A stretch of DNA of 58,277 nt. Origin: a virus (Duplodnaviria > Caudoviricetes). Below are positions 11,159 through 19,472 of the stretch, piece by piece. The stretch's first letter is position 1; each line of letters starts with the position of its first letter. The notes beneath the pieces are model-generated. The model saw only the letters and a list, made by a program, of their open reading frames with translations. It was not told where the DNA came from and made no database searches. The position numbers and the translations under genes were made by a program. The stretch is taken from IMG/VR virus record IMGVR_UViG_3300028829_004880, positions 1 to 58,277 of that record. One strand, 5' to 3'.

Positions 11159-11232
11159 TGGAGGTGACGGGACTCAAACCCGTGGTCTCTTGAGTGCAAG
11201 TCAAGTGCTTTAGTCATCTAAGCTACACCCCC
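11159..11232 (-). tRNA. tRNA-Ala(TGC)
   Basis: cloverleaf, G3:U70, loop CTTGCAC. Confidence 0.9.
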
Positions 11233-11414
11233 ATTATTTATTACCGTTAGTTACCAGAGGATTACATACTGAAATGTTAATTCATTGATAATTAATGATT
11301 TATGTTTTTGGTAACTTACCAGAGGTTACCGTTGGATAATATATTGTCTGTTTGCTATCATAGTAGCACTTTTAGCTAATATATTATCTGTTTTGCTACT
11401 AGAGTAACGTTTTG

Positions 11415-11490
11415 TGGAGACAATGGGAATTGAACCCATCACATAGACATTGCAAATGTCCATCGCCAAAGCCTTGGAACATGTGCCCCC
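11415..11490 (-). tRNA. tRNA-Ala(TGC), atypical D arm
   Basis: G3:U70, loop TTTGCAA. Confidence 0.75.
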
Positions 11491-11568
11491 GAACGCAAGT
11501 GTTTTCTTATCCCATTAAACTAACCGCCCCAGAAGGGACAGTACGGGGCTCGAACCCGTATCTCTTAC
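11491..11568 (-). ncRNA. circularly permuted tRNA-like RNA
   Basis: order: 3' anticodon strand, T arm, acceptor stem closed by TTCT loop, D arm, 5' anticodon strand. Confidence 0.75.
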
Positions 11569-11646
11569 TGGCGGTCTAGGAGGGAGTCAAACCCTCGTTT
11601 TTGAGCAGAGACAGTGCAAATCCACCTTCAAGGGGCTCACTAGACC
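11569..11646 (-). tRNA. tRNA-Asp(GTC), degenerate D and anticodon stems, encoded CCA
   Basis: GGTCTAG/CTAGACC-G-CCA, loop CTGTCTC. Confidence 0.6.
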
Positions 11647-11763
11647 AATTTTGTTAGATTTCGTATCGTTATCACACTTCAATACAAGTCACTTTCAATT
11701 TATCTAACTTACTTCCTATGCTGCCTCTCTGGGCTACTCCCAGCGGCTTTGTGCAACACCGAG

Positions 11764-11835
11764 CGGACGGTGGGGGACTCGAACCCCGACCTCTTGCGTG
11801 ACAGGCAAGTATGCAGCCATTACACCACACCGTCC
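11764..11835 (-). tRNA. tRNA-Asp(GTC), 8/4 fold
   Basis: 8-bp acceptor GGACGGTG/CACCGTCC, 4-bp T stem, loop CTGTCAC. Confidence 0.85.
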
Positions 11836-11881
11836 ATTTAGCAGTATTTTATTTCGTTCAGAACCGCTAGAAACTGACCCT

Positions 11882-11966
11882 TGGTACTGCGTGTGGGAAT
11901 CGAACCCACTCTCCTATAATTGGCTGGGGTGAAAGCCCAGTCGCTCACCCAATTGCATTACGCAGC
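11882..11966 (-). tRNA. tRNA-Glu(TTC) with long variable region
   Basis: CTGGG-CTTTCAC-CCCAG, 14-nt variable region, encoded CCA. Confidence 0.75.
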
Positions 11967-11972
11967 ATTTTG

Positions 11973-12045
11973 TGGTACTAGAGGGACTTGAACCCCCGAC
12001 ACGTGGATTTTCAGTCCACTGCTCTACCAACTGAGCTATAGTACC
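11973..12045 (-). tRNA. tRNA-Phe(GAA)
   Basis: canonical cloverleaf. Confidence 0.92.
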
Positions 12046-12051
12046 ATTTCG

Positions 12052-12124
12052 TCACCCGTAGGGGAGTCGAACCCCTCACTCTGCCGTGAAAGGGCAGCGT
12101 CTTAAACCGATTGACCAACGGGCG
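12052..12124 (-). tRNA. tRNA-Glu(TTC)
   Basis: canonical cloverleaf. Confidence 0.9.
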
Positions 12125-12132
12125 AAATGAAT

Positions 12133-12148
12133 CAAGATGTCAAAGAAC
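12133..12148 (-). promoter_or_regulatory. boxA-like antitermination element GTTCTTTGACATCTTG
   Basis: identical 16-mer at 45121-45136; resembles rrn boxA. Confidence 0.6.
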
Positions 12149-12159
12149 ATGTGTTCTTG

Positions 12160-12232
12160 TGAGGGCAAACGGTATCGAACCGATATCTCTGGGGTTTCAA
12201 TCCAGCGCATAGCCCATCTTTGCTATACCCCC
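12160..12232 (-). tRNA. tRNA-Phe(GAA), divergent
   Basis: cloverleaf with mismatches, loop TTGAAAC. Confidence 0.75.
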
Positions 12233-12246
12233 AAATTAACGAGCAT

Positions 12247-12276
12247 AAAAAAAGCCCGACCTTTATGGTCGAGCTT
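12247..12276 (-). terminator. attenuator terminator of tRNA array 1
   Basis: GCTCGACC-ATAAA-GGTCGGGC + T7. Confidence 0.85.
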
Positions 12277-12301
12277 ATCAATTTTCGTTATATATTTTAC
12301 A

Positions 12302-12391
12302 TTAACTTTTTGACAATATTCGACCACCCTTGGAACAATCTTCCTCGGCTGCAAAAAATGCAAAATCAAATATGTTAGTTACTGTTATCAT
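12302..12391 (-). CDS. leader peptide MITVTNIFDFAFFAAEEDCSKGGRILSKS
   Basis: hand-translated 29-aa ORF between promoter and terminator; run of F/D/A/E codons. Confidence 0.8.
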   Translation of the reverse strand: MITVTNIFDFAFFAAEEDCSKGGRILSKS

Positions 12392-12442
12392 TATTTCTAT
12401 TTTTTTGTGGAACTTCGTGTTCCTTGTTTATTAAATACAATG

Positions 12443-12450
12443 CAAATATA
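12443..12450 (-). promoter_or_regulatory. Bacteroidota-type -7 promoter element TATATTTG (array 1)
   Basis: TAnnTTTG consensus; same motif recurs at e.g. 5974, 7927, 10675, 19419, 45641, 50488, 52448, 53773. Confidence 0.75.
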
Positions 12451-12545
12451 CGAAAGTTATTTGAATTGACAAGTATTTTTTGTAATTATTTTTAAGTTAT
12501 TTTTACTTTCCCAGTGTTTACTGGGGTTTCAGAGCTAAAATATTT

Positions 12546-13196
12546 TTATCTTTTTACTGCCCCTAAGAACTCTCTAGTCTTTTTAAGACCAATAATTTGA
12601 ATTATCTTTCTTAAGAAACTCATCTTATCACCCAATTCACTTTTAGCATAATAGTTGATTAATTCAACCACTTCCTTTTCTTTATCTCTACTAAGTGATG
12701 TCTTGTAATCCATAACATCTCTAAGACTCATAAAGTAATACCCGTTGATAAATGTAGCCGCACCCATTACCTCTTGTGTTGACCTTACTTTGACATCAGC
12801 ATATGCACCACCAGCTTTAGATGGGTCCCAAACGTCAAATGCTTCAATTGAACCGTCTTGTGTTGGTCTGTAGATACCACCTTGATTATATTCGTTTTCT
12901 AATCCAGCGTTAACCCAAAGTTGTTTGTCTGGAATAACAATATCTAAGTCACCAATACTACCAGTAAGGTTAAATGCTTCTCTAAGGGGTGGGTGAAGAT
13001 ATAGTCTAGCTGAACCAGCTATGAAATAAACTCTATCCTTTGGGTCTATATTAAATTTCTTGAAGATTAACTCATTAGATTTACCAATCAAGTCAGTTAG
13101 ACCACTATCACCTTCATTGATTTCTAAGTCTTCTTCTAAGGTTGACCAAAACTCAGTCAACATAATTTCTTTAATATATATCTCAGATAATCGCAT
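12546..13196 (-). CDS. nucleotidyltransferase-fold protein
   Basis: IAGSARL...GDLDIVI motif. Confidence 0.55.
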   Translation of the reverse strand: MRLSEIYIKEIMLTEFWSTLEEDLEINEGDSGLTDLIGKSNELIFKKFNIDPKDRVYFIAGSARLYLHPPLREAFNLTGSIGDLDIVIPDKQLWVNAGLENEYNQGGIYRPTQDGSIEAFDVWDPSKAGGAYADVKVRSTQEVMGAATFINGYYFMSLRDVMDYKTSLSRDKEKEVVELINYYAKSELGDKMSFLRKIIQIIGLKKTREFLGAVKR

Positions 13197-14671
13197 ATTT
13201 TTTAATTCTTTCTATCACAGTCTTATCATACTGCTTCTCTATTGTCATCTTCTTAATCGAGAAAAACATTCTCAATGGACTAGGTCCCTTTAAATAAAAG
13301 AAATGATAAGCTGACCAAAAATTTCTTTTATGATAATCATCCTTTATAATCTCTGTAAGGTGACTCACGTTGGCATCAACAAAGTTCCAATCATATTCAT
13401 GACATAACTTACTAACCTTTTTAATAAATAGATAGCATTCCACTATTCTAGTTACAATCAACGCAATAATTAAAGTCAAAACTATCATAATCTTTCTTAT
13501 TTAATGTTTATATAGTATAAATATACAAAAAAGAAATCAATTAACCTAATTTTTTCTTAAATATTTATATCCTAGGGTAAATATTATACCATATAATACT
13601 CTAGCACCTAAGACACCCCAAAGTCCAACTGAATATACAGATAAACCAATACCACTGAATATACACGCTGTGCTAATCATCTTAAATAGGTGCCAAGCCT
13701 CAGTTACACCAACAAGAAGTGTTGATGATAGGAAGAATTTCTCCCCATTATCTCTGTTACCACCCTTCCACTTATTCGCACCAGATAGGAATGGATTCCA
13801 GAACTGTGGGTTTAACTTGCTGAATACACTATCCTCAAAGTGATGTGCAAGTGTATCCTTACCAGATTCAGCTAATCCAGCAATGATTATTAATAGTATA
13901 CCAATCGTTAATATCATTTATTTCTCTTGAATATATTACGAAATGACTTGTCAGTAGCTTTCATGTATTCATAAAAGATAATAGCTATAAGCGCACCATG
14001 TGATGCCACTAGGTGTCCAACCAATGGATACCAATTATCATAAACATCACCTCTACCAATGAATACCCAAAATACAATTGAAGTTACAAGCCCAAATATT
14101 AATACATATATTGATGATGCATTATCAAATAATTTTCTCCCTTTGTTTTCAAATCTTTCCATTTTTTTCTTTTTTTAACTTGTTTTTTTTATTGTAGTTA
14201 TTAAACCACTTCTCCATTGACTTACGCTTGCATTCGTTACAATGATAGTCAATTGGATAAGGTACCTTCTTTAAGCATATATTACATTCTTGTTCCATTC
14301 TTGTCCAGATTTATTGCCATAAGCATCACAATGTCTTTTTGTGGCGCAAGAGGCTAATAACGTTAGGGTAATCACAATAATTATTAATCTTTTCATATCT
14401 TAGTTCTTAGGGTGAAATTGTTTTGGTACAATTCCACCAACTTTTATTAGGTTTAATATTGTATGTTCTTTAGCTGAAAGTAATACCATATCATTAGATG
14501 GGTCTCTAGCTATCCAACCATTGATGAATTGTTTCGCAAGGTTATTATGAACATTTTTCAATAGACCTTTAAGGTATGCTTTCGCCACCGTTTGAGCGGA
14601 AGGTCCTAGACCTTCCCTAAGTTGTTGTCTAATGAATTGTTTCATACTAATAAATACTTGTTAGTCATAGG

Positions 14672-15514
14672 TTATTTATTTAAATAAGGTTCCATATAGT
14701 TAGGTAACCAACCAGATTTATCATATTGCCTTCTAACATAAACCCTTTTTTGTTCATCAGTTAAATCATCAAATGCCCATTCCCCCCAAACATACCCCTC
14801 TTCAAATTGAACTTGTAACCAAGCTTTTTTATTTGGACCTAAGTGTGGGTAATAGGTGTCTGGAAAATTAATGTATCTAAAACCACCCTCTATATTATAT
14901 TTTATTATATAGTCAAATATTTTATCAAGAGATTTAATTCTTAGGTCGGTAGGTAAGACTTCAAACCAACTAGGATATTCATCACGATTTTTACCATGTC
15001 CTTGTTGGAGTGATGCGGTTCCTATACTCCTTTTCATATGTCTTTTTACTTGTGAATCAAGATACATATCCTTAACCTTATCACCACCATATTGTAGGAT
15101 TTTATTAGATAATGGATTACCAGCCTCAAGTCTAGTTTTTATAAATCCCTTTTTAATTTCATCTGGTAGGATATCAAACATACTATCATTAATTTGGTTA
15201 CCCTTCTTTGCTCTTGTTGTAGCTAGTTTAATTCTTAATTCAGTATTTAACCTATTAAATTCATAGTCTTTAATGTGAAAACTACGCTCCATTCTATTGT
15301 TTAAATATATAGCTAAAGCATGCTCATCTAACATGGCTAATTCATAATCAACTAATTTATGTGGGCTGCCATCACTGATATTACCATTTTTACTAGCTAT
15401 TAACCTTTTTCTAAAGTATGTTTTCTTAGCCCAGTTTGGTAATTGGTTGTATTGGTATTCTGGAATTGTAAGTCCAGTATCTACGTATTGTGATATGAGG
15501 TCCTTATTGTTCAT
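14672..15514 (-). CDS. repeat-containing hypothetical protein, paralog of 15525-16190
   Basis: shared N-terminus MNNKDLIxQYVDTGLxIPEYQY. Confidence 0.65.
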   Translation of the reverse strand: MNNKDLISQYVDTGLTIPEYQYNQLPNWAKKTYFRKRLIASKNGNISDGSPHKLVDYELAMLDEHALAIYLNNRMERSFHIKDYEFNRLNTELRIKLATTRAKKGNQINDSMFDILPDEIKKGFIKTRLEAGNPLSNKILQYGGDKVKDMYLDSQVKRHMKRSIGTASLQQGHGKNRDEYPSWFEVLPTDLRIKSLDKIFDYIIKYNIEGGFRYINFPDTYYPHLGPNKKAWLQVQFEEGYVWGEWAFDDLTDEQKRVYVRRQYDKSGWLPNYMEPYLNK

Positions 15515-15524
15515 TTTACTAAGT

Positions 15525-16190
15525 TTATTTATTCACGTTTTTATGTTGTTTAACTATATCTAAGATATGTAATGCATCTTCACTATCAAGACCACCTAAA
15601 GAGTGGAGTAAATTGATTCCTTTACCTAATTTAGCAATTCGTTCAGCAATTTGGGATTTATTTATACCATAATAAATTAAACCCACAATATCATGTTTAT
15701 TTAATTTATCACCTTTAACATCAATAATCTTATTAGCCGTTTGGTCCTTATCTGATGAATATCTCATAATATCACTAAATATATTATTCCCATGTTCTTT
15801 AGTGCCCCTTATTTTAAGTATAAGTTCAATTATCTGTTCCGTATTTGAATAGGACTCTACCATCTTCCCTATACCATACTCACCTAAATTGTATATATAA
15901 TCATGTTTTAATTTATCACCAGTTAAAAGGTCAAACTCAAACGATTGAAGGTTAACCCCATAGTCAATTCTATTTTTTAGATATTTAGGTAAAACATCCT
16001 TATCTAATAACATTAATTCATACCTGTCAAGGTTACGTCCACTATCATCACTAATACTACCCATTTTAGTGGCAATAAGTCTCTTACGTATATAAGTCTT
16101 TTTACCCCAGTTAGGGAGTTTGGTGTATTGGTATTCTGGAATTCTAAGTCCAGTATCTACGTATTGCGCTATGAGGTCCTTATTGTTCAT
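15525..16190 (-). CDS. hypothetical protein, paralog of 14672-15514
   Basis: shared N-terminal ~55 aa. Confidence 0.65.
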   Translation of the reverse strand: MNNKDLIAQYVDTGLRIPEYQYTKLPNWGKKTYIRKRLIATKMGSISDDSGRNLDRYELMLLDKDVLPKYLKNRIDYGVNLQSFEFDLLTGDKLKHDYIYNLGEYGIGKMVESYSNTEQIIELILKIRGTKEHGNNIFSDIMRYSSDKDQTANKIIDVKGDKLNKHDIVGLIYYGINKSQIAERIAKLGKGINLLHSLGGLDSEDALHILDIVKQHKNVNK

Positions 16191-17164
16191 TAATTAGAAC
16201 CAATTAAATAATCAAATTGTTCATTACTTAATAGATGTCCTCTTCCAATATAAGCCGACTTATATTCAATTGGTAATTTCATAAACCAATCTAAATCAGT
16301 ATTAAGTGTACCTAACAAGTTATCTTCCTCTTCTTCTTGTGGTGTCTTTGGATTATTAACCATTTTCTCTACTGGTACACCCTTAGACTTCAAGTACTCA
16401 ACATAACTCTGAGTGTCACCACCAAATTTAGCAATAGTTCCAGTAGTGTTATTTGCATCAGTCAATTCAATACCATGTTTAGTATTGTCAAATACAACAA
16501 TGTGTAATGGGTCATCTAAATTAGCGGAACCATCTTCATTTGTTTTAAAGTGATTTTTATCTACAATGAAATAGAATGAAGAATCCTGTGAGTCACGATA
16601 AGATTTATACATAGTATTACCTGGTTGTCCGATACAAAAACCATAACCTTGACCAGTTAATCCACCTTGTGTATATGCAATACACTTACCAACCCCATTT
16701 CCATCATAAATATCGATTCCATTACCACTCCAAAGTGTTTTTTTGTCAGAATTGAAGTCAGCATCAACACTAGACCCACCCTTAGGTTTTTCAGTATATT
16801 TATTGGTTTCACCGTGAATATATTCACCAAACGCTATAAAGCTTGCTATTGGTTTATCACCCATGGTCATACCACCCTTTCTAGAATAGTTTAGTGGTTT
16901 AACTCTTTGTTTTTTAATTAACTCTTCATACTCATTAAAAACACTACTTAAATTATTTATATTTTTTTCACCACCAACATAGAATACAGCCATAAATGGT
17001 AGATTCTTTTGGTTCTTTGAATTATCGATTGATTTTAATTGGTTGAGTACTTCTTCCTTATTATCAAGTGCTTTTAATACCCCTAAACTTTGTTGCTCAC
17101 TAGCCTTTGATTCGCTTATGCGAATAAGATTTTCTCTAAGTAATGTTCTAATGAATGATTTCAT
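16190..17164 (-). CDS. hypothetical protein with MKxFIxxLLRE leader
   Basis: ORF; upstream TATTTAT motif. Confidence 0.65.
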   Translation of the reverse strand: MKSFIRTLLRENLIRISESKASEQQSLGVLKALDNKEEVLNQLKSIDNSKNQKNLPFMAVFYVGGEKNINNLSSVFNEYEELIKKQRVKPLNYSRKGGMTMGDKPIASFIAFGEYIHGETNKYTEKPKGGSSVDADFNSDKKTLWSGNGIDIYDGNGVGKCIAYTQGGLTGQGYGFCIGQPGNTMYKSYRDSQDSSFYFIVDKNHFKTNEDGSANLDDPLHIVVFDNTKHGIELTDANNTTGTIAKFGGDTQSYVEYLKSKGVPVEKMVNNPKTPQEEEEDNLLGTLNTDLDWFMKLPIEYKSAYIGRGHLLSNEQFDYLIGSN

Positions 17165-17194
17165 ACTAATAAATACTACTTAATATGATAAAAG

Positions 17195-17281
17195 TAGGGA
17201 TAATGGGAGTCGAACCCATACGCTAATATTTCAAGCAGTAGCGTTTGAAACTACCATGTCTACCAATTCCAACATACCCCC
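17195..17281 (-). tRNA. tRNA-Leu(CAA)
   Basis: class II cloverleaf, loop TTCAAAC. Confidence 0.85.
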
Positions 17282-17287
17282 ATGTTG

Positions 17288-17371
17288 TACCTAAGGTGGG
17301 ACTCGAACCCACACGCCCTTACGGGCACCAGCTTCTTAGGCTGGCGTGTCTACCAATTCCACCACTTAGGT
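17288..17371 (-). tRNA. tRNA-Leu(AAG)
   Basis: class II cloverleaf, CCAGC-CTAAGAA-GCTGG. Confidence 0.85.
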
Positions 17372-17380
17372 ATATTGTTG

Positions 17381-17469
17381 TACGGGTGGTGGGAATCGAA
17401 CCCACAGGTGTATCTTACGTGTGCCACGGGGTCTAAGCCCGCCAGCTTTACCAATTTGCTCACACCCGC
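17381..17469 (-). tRNA. tRNA-Leu(TAG), atypical variable region
   Basis: GCGGG-CTTAGAC-CCCGT. Confidence 0.8.
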
Positions 17470-17481
17470 ATGTGTGATTTG

Positions 17482-17569
17482 TAGGGATGATGGGAATCGA
17501 ACCCATAATGTCTCTTACGTGTGCCATAGGGTTTAAGCCTACCAACTTTACCAATTTGTTCACACCCCC
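17482..17569 (-). tRNA. tRNA-Leu(TAA), atypical variable region
   Basis: GTAGG-CTTAAAC-CCTAT. Confidence 0.8.
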
Positions 17570-17676
17570 AAGTAACGGTAGCTTATACTCTCAGTACATA
17601 GTGATAGACCACTATAACGTACTTACCCTTTAAGCATGAGCCAGTCTATTCCAACACCCGTTTAGTTGGTGGCTTG

Positions 17677-17756
17677 TAGCGGACCTAGGAGTCGAACCTA
17701 GTATCTCGTGGGTTATGAGCCCAGAATGATTTATATATCCGTTTCACTCGTCCGCA
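17677..17756 (-). tRNA. tRNA-Met(CAT), initiator-like
   Basis: T1:T72 mismatch, GGG/CCC in anticodon stem, enlarged D loop. Confidence 0.75.
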
Positions 17757-17758
17757 AG

Positions 17759-17829
17759 TACCCCCACGTGGAATCGAACCACGGCTTTCTCCATGTAAAA
17801 GAGATGTTCTCCCATTAAACTATGGGGGC
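17759..17829 (-). tRNA. tRNA-Val(TAC)
   Basis: cloverleaf, loop TTTACAT. Confidence 0.85.
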
Positions 17830-17932
17830 ATAAAACAAACATAATACCTCTTCGGTCACAAGTGTCCATTGGTCCAGATTCTTACTGGTGTCCTTGAATG
17901 ATGGGATTTAAACCCAACTTACATTTGTTTAG

Positions 17933-18003
17933 TAACCCTAGACGGATTCGAACCATCGCTTCTTGCATGTAACACAAGGGTGCTCCCGTTACACCATAGG
18001 GTT
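17933..18003 (-). tRNA. tRNA-Val(TAC)
   Basis: cloverleaf, loop GTTACAT; 5' end overlaps HNH stop codon. Confidence 0.8.
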
Positions 18004-18526
18004 ATTTAGAACTTTCAATTTTTGCGTGTCTTATTCTATGACAATTAGAACACAATAACACACATTTGTCTAGTTCATCTTTTATTTTACCCCACTTCTG
18101 GTATTGTATCTTATTCCAGTTTGGGTCCTTTTCATTTGGGTCTAAGTGATGAAAATCAAATACACATTGATAGGTGTTTTCAATATTCAAATCACAATCC
18201 AAACATTGGTCTCCCTTATAATGAACCATTTTAAGTTTAACCCTTTTTATTCTTTTCCCATGATACACATTACTACAGTTTTTACAATAACCACCGTAAC
18301 TATCTCTATTAGACCTTTTATAGAATTCATCTATTGGTTTAATAGTTTCACATCTAGGGCAGAACTTGTCATCACCATACTGTTTATTATGTTGGTTGTG
18401 CTTGGTTTTTAAACCAAACTTCTTTAACCAATACTTTATACTAGTCTGAGAACAATCAAGTTCTTCTGCAATCTGTCTTTGAGACATTCCTGTCTCAATT
18501 AGTGGTTCTAATATTTCTCTTTCCAT
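18002..18526 (-). CDS. HTH + zinc-finger HNH endonuclease
   Basis: N-terminal HTH, CxxC pairs, DFHHLDP...CVLLCSNCHRIRH. Confidence 0.85.
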   Translation of the reverse strand: MEREILEPLIETGMSQRQIAEELDCSQTSIKYWLKKFGLKTKHNQHNKQYGDDKFCPRCETIKPIDEFYKRSNRDSYGGYCKNCSNVYHGKRIKRVKLKMVHYKGDQCLDCDLNIENTYQCVFDFHHLDPNEKDPNWNKIQYQKWGKIKDELDKCVLLCSNCHRIRHAKIESSK

Positions 18527-18555
18527 AACAGTGTTTTATAATAAATATAACTCAC

Positions 18556-18594
18556 TTTCGAAAAAGACACTCTGAACCACTGAGTTACAGATGC
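18556..18594 (-). pseudogene. orphan tRNA 5' half
   Basis: GCATCTG-TA-ACTC-AGTGGTTCA-GAGT with no T arm or 3' acceptor strand; HNH gene follows. Confidence 0.6.
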
Positions 18595-18599
18595 ATTTG

Positions 18600-18687
18600 T
18601 TGCAGTAGTAGGATTCGAACCTACAGTGAGGTTTCAAACCTCGTCCCCCTCCACGGGGGATGTGTATGCCAATTCCACCATACTGCT
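18600..18687 (-). tRNA. Leu-type body with TGG at anticodon position (undetermined)
   Basis: Leu-like D arm, long variable arm, A73; loop CGTGGAG; A1:A72 mismatch. Confidence 0.55.
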
Positions 18688-18716
18688 AAGGTTCTTTGCG
18701 CTTTAGAACCCCTTTG

Positions 18717-18802
18717 TAGCCGAGGTGGGATTCGAACCCACACGGGCATTACTGCCCACTGGATTTTAAGTCCAGCGTGTCTACCAATTCCACCACTCAG
18801 CC
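18717..18802 (-). tRNA. tRNA-Leu(TAA)
   Basis: canonical class II cloverleaf. Confidence 0.92.
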
Positions 18803-18997
18803 ATTTAGGGTGTTTCAACCCTAAAACTTGGTAATTAATTTGTGTGGTGTTTTAACCACTTTTTCAAATTTTTAACTCTTCTTATTTTCTTTATACGAAA
18901 GGCTCTATTAACCTTTTCATGTATGTGTTCTATTTCCTTTTTGGTTAATAAATCACTTTCTTTAGTATCCATTTTCATTTTTAACTCTTATTAGTTG

Positions 18998-19072
18998 AGT
19001 CGGGAGAGGGAATCGAACCCCCATCTATCTGATTTTGCAGACCAGTGCCTAAAGCCATTCGACCATCCCGAC
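18998..19072 (-). tRNA. tRNA-Cys(GCA)
   Basis: loop CTGCAAA, U73. Confidence 0.9.
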
Positions 19073-19229
19073 ATATTTTAATGTTTCACTTCTATTCTCT
19101 TTCCACACTTGACACATTTCTTAATCTCTATATTCTTGGTCCAGAAAAAAACTGTTCTCTCGAATTTATGACTACAAATTGTCGTTCTTATTTTATCTTT
19201 TATTATTTTCATTTCTAATTATTGTGCAT

Positions 19230-19261
19230 AAAAAAATCCGATACTGAATTTCAATATCGGA
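19230..19261 (-). terminator. attenuator terminator of tRNA array 2
   Basis: TCCGATATTGA-AAT-TCAGTATCGGA + T7. Confidence 0.85.
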
Positions 19262-19288
19262 CCTTAACTTGTTGTTATATCTTCAAAT

Positions 19289-19366
19289 TTAACAACACAG
19301 TCCGACACTTACTACTAATAAGACTAGTAGTGAAGAAAGACATAATATGTTGTTAACTGTTTGCAC
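19289..19366 (-). CDS. leader peptide MQTVNNILCLSSLLVLLVVSVGLCC (GTG start)
   Basis: hand-translated 25-aa ORF between promoter (19419-19426) and terminator; L/V/C rich. Confidence 0.75.
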   Translation of the reverse strand: MQTVNNILCLSSLLVLLVVSVGLCC

Positions 19367-19472
19367 TTTTTAAGTTTTTAAGTCGGCACACGAGGCACCT
19401 TGTTTATTAAATACATTGCAAATATACGAAAAACTTTTTAATAAGCAAGTATTTTTTAAATTTATTTTTAAA

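Noticed and set aside
11245-11412. CRISPR array
   Set aside because: Only two imperfect copies per unit, no regular spacers and no cas genes.
12290-12440. T-box riboswitch as explanation of the array leaders
   Set aside because: No UGGNACC T-box bulge or stem I motifs; codon-biased short ORFs explain the leaders better.
17245-17563. ORF-track ORFs over tRNA arrays (also 18621-18818, 43788-44042, 44685-45199, 52074-52274, 53511-53747)
   Set aside because: They overlap clear tRNA or tmRNA genes and are shadow frames.
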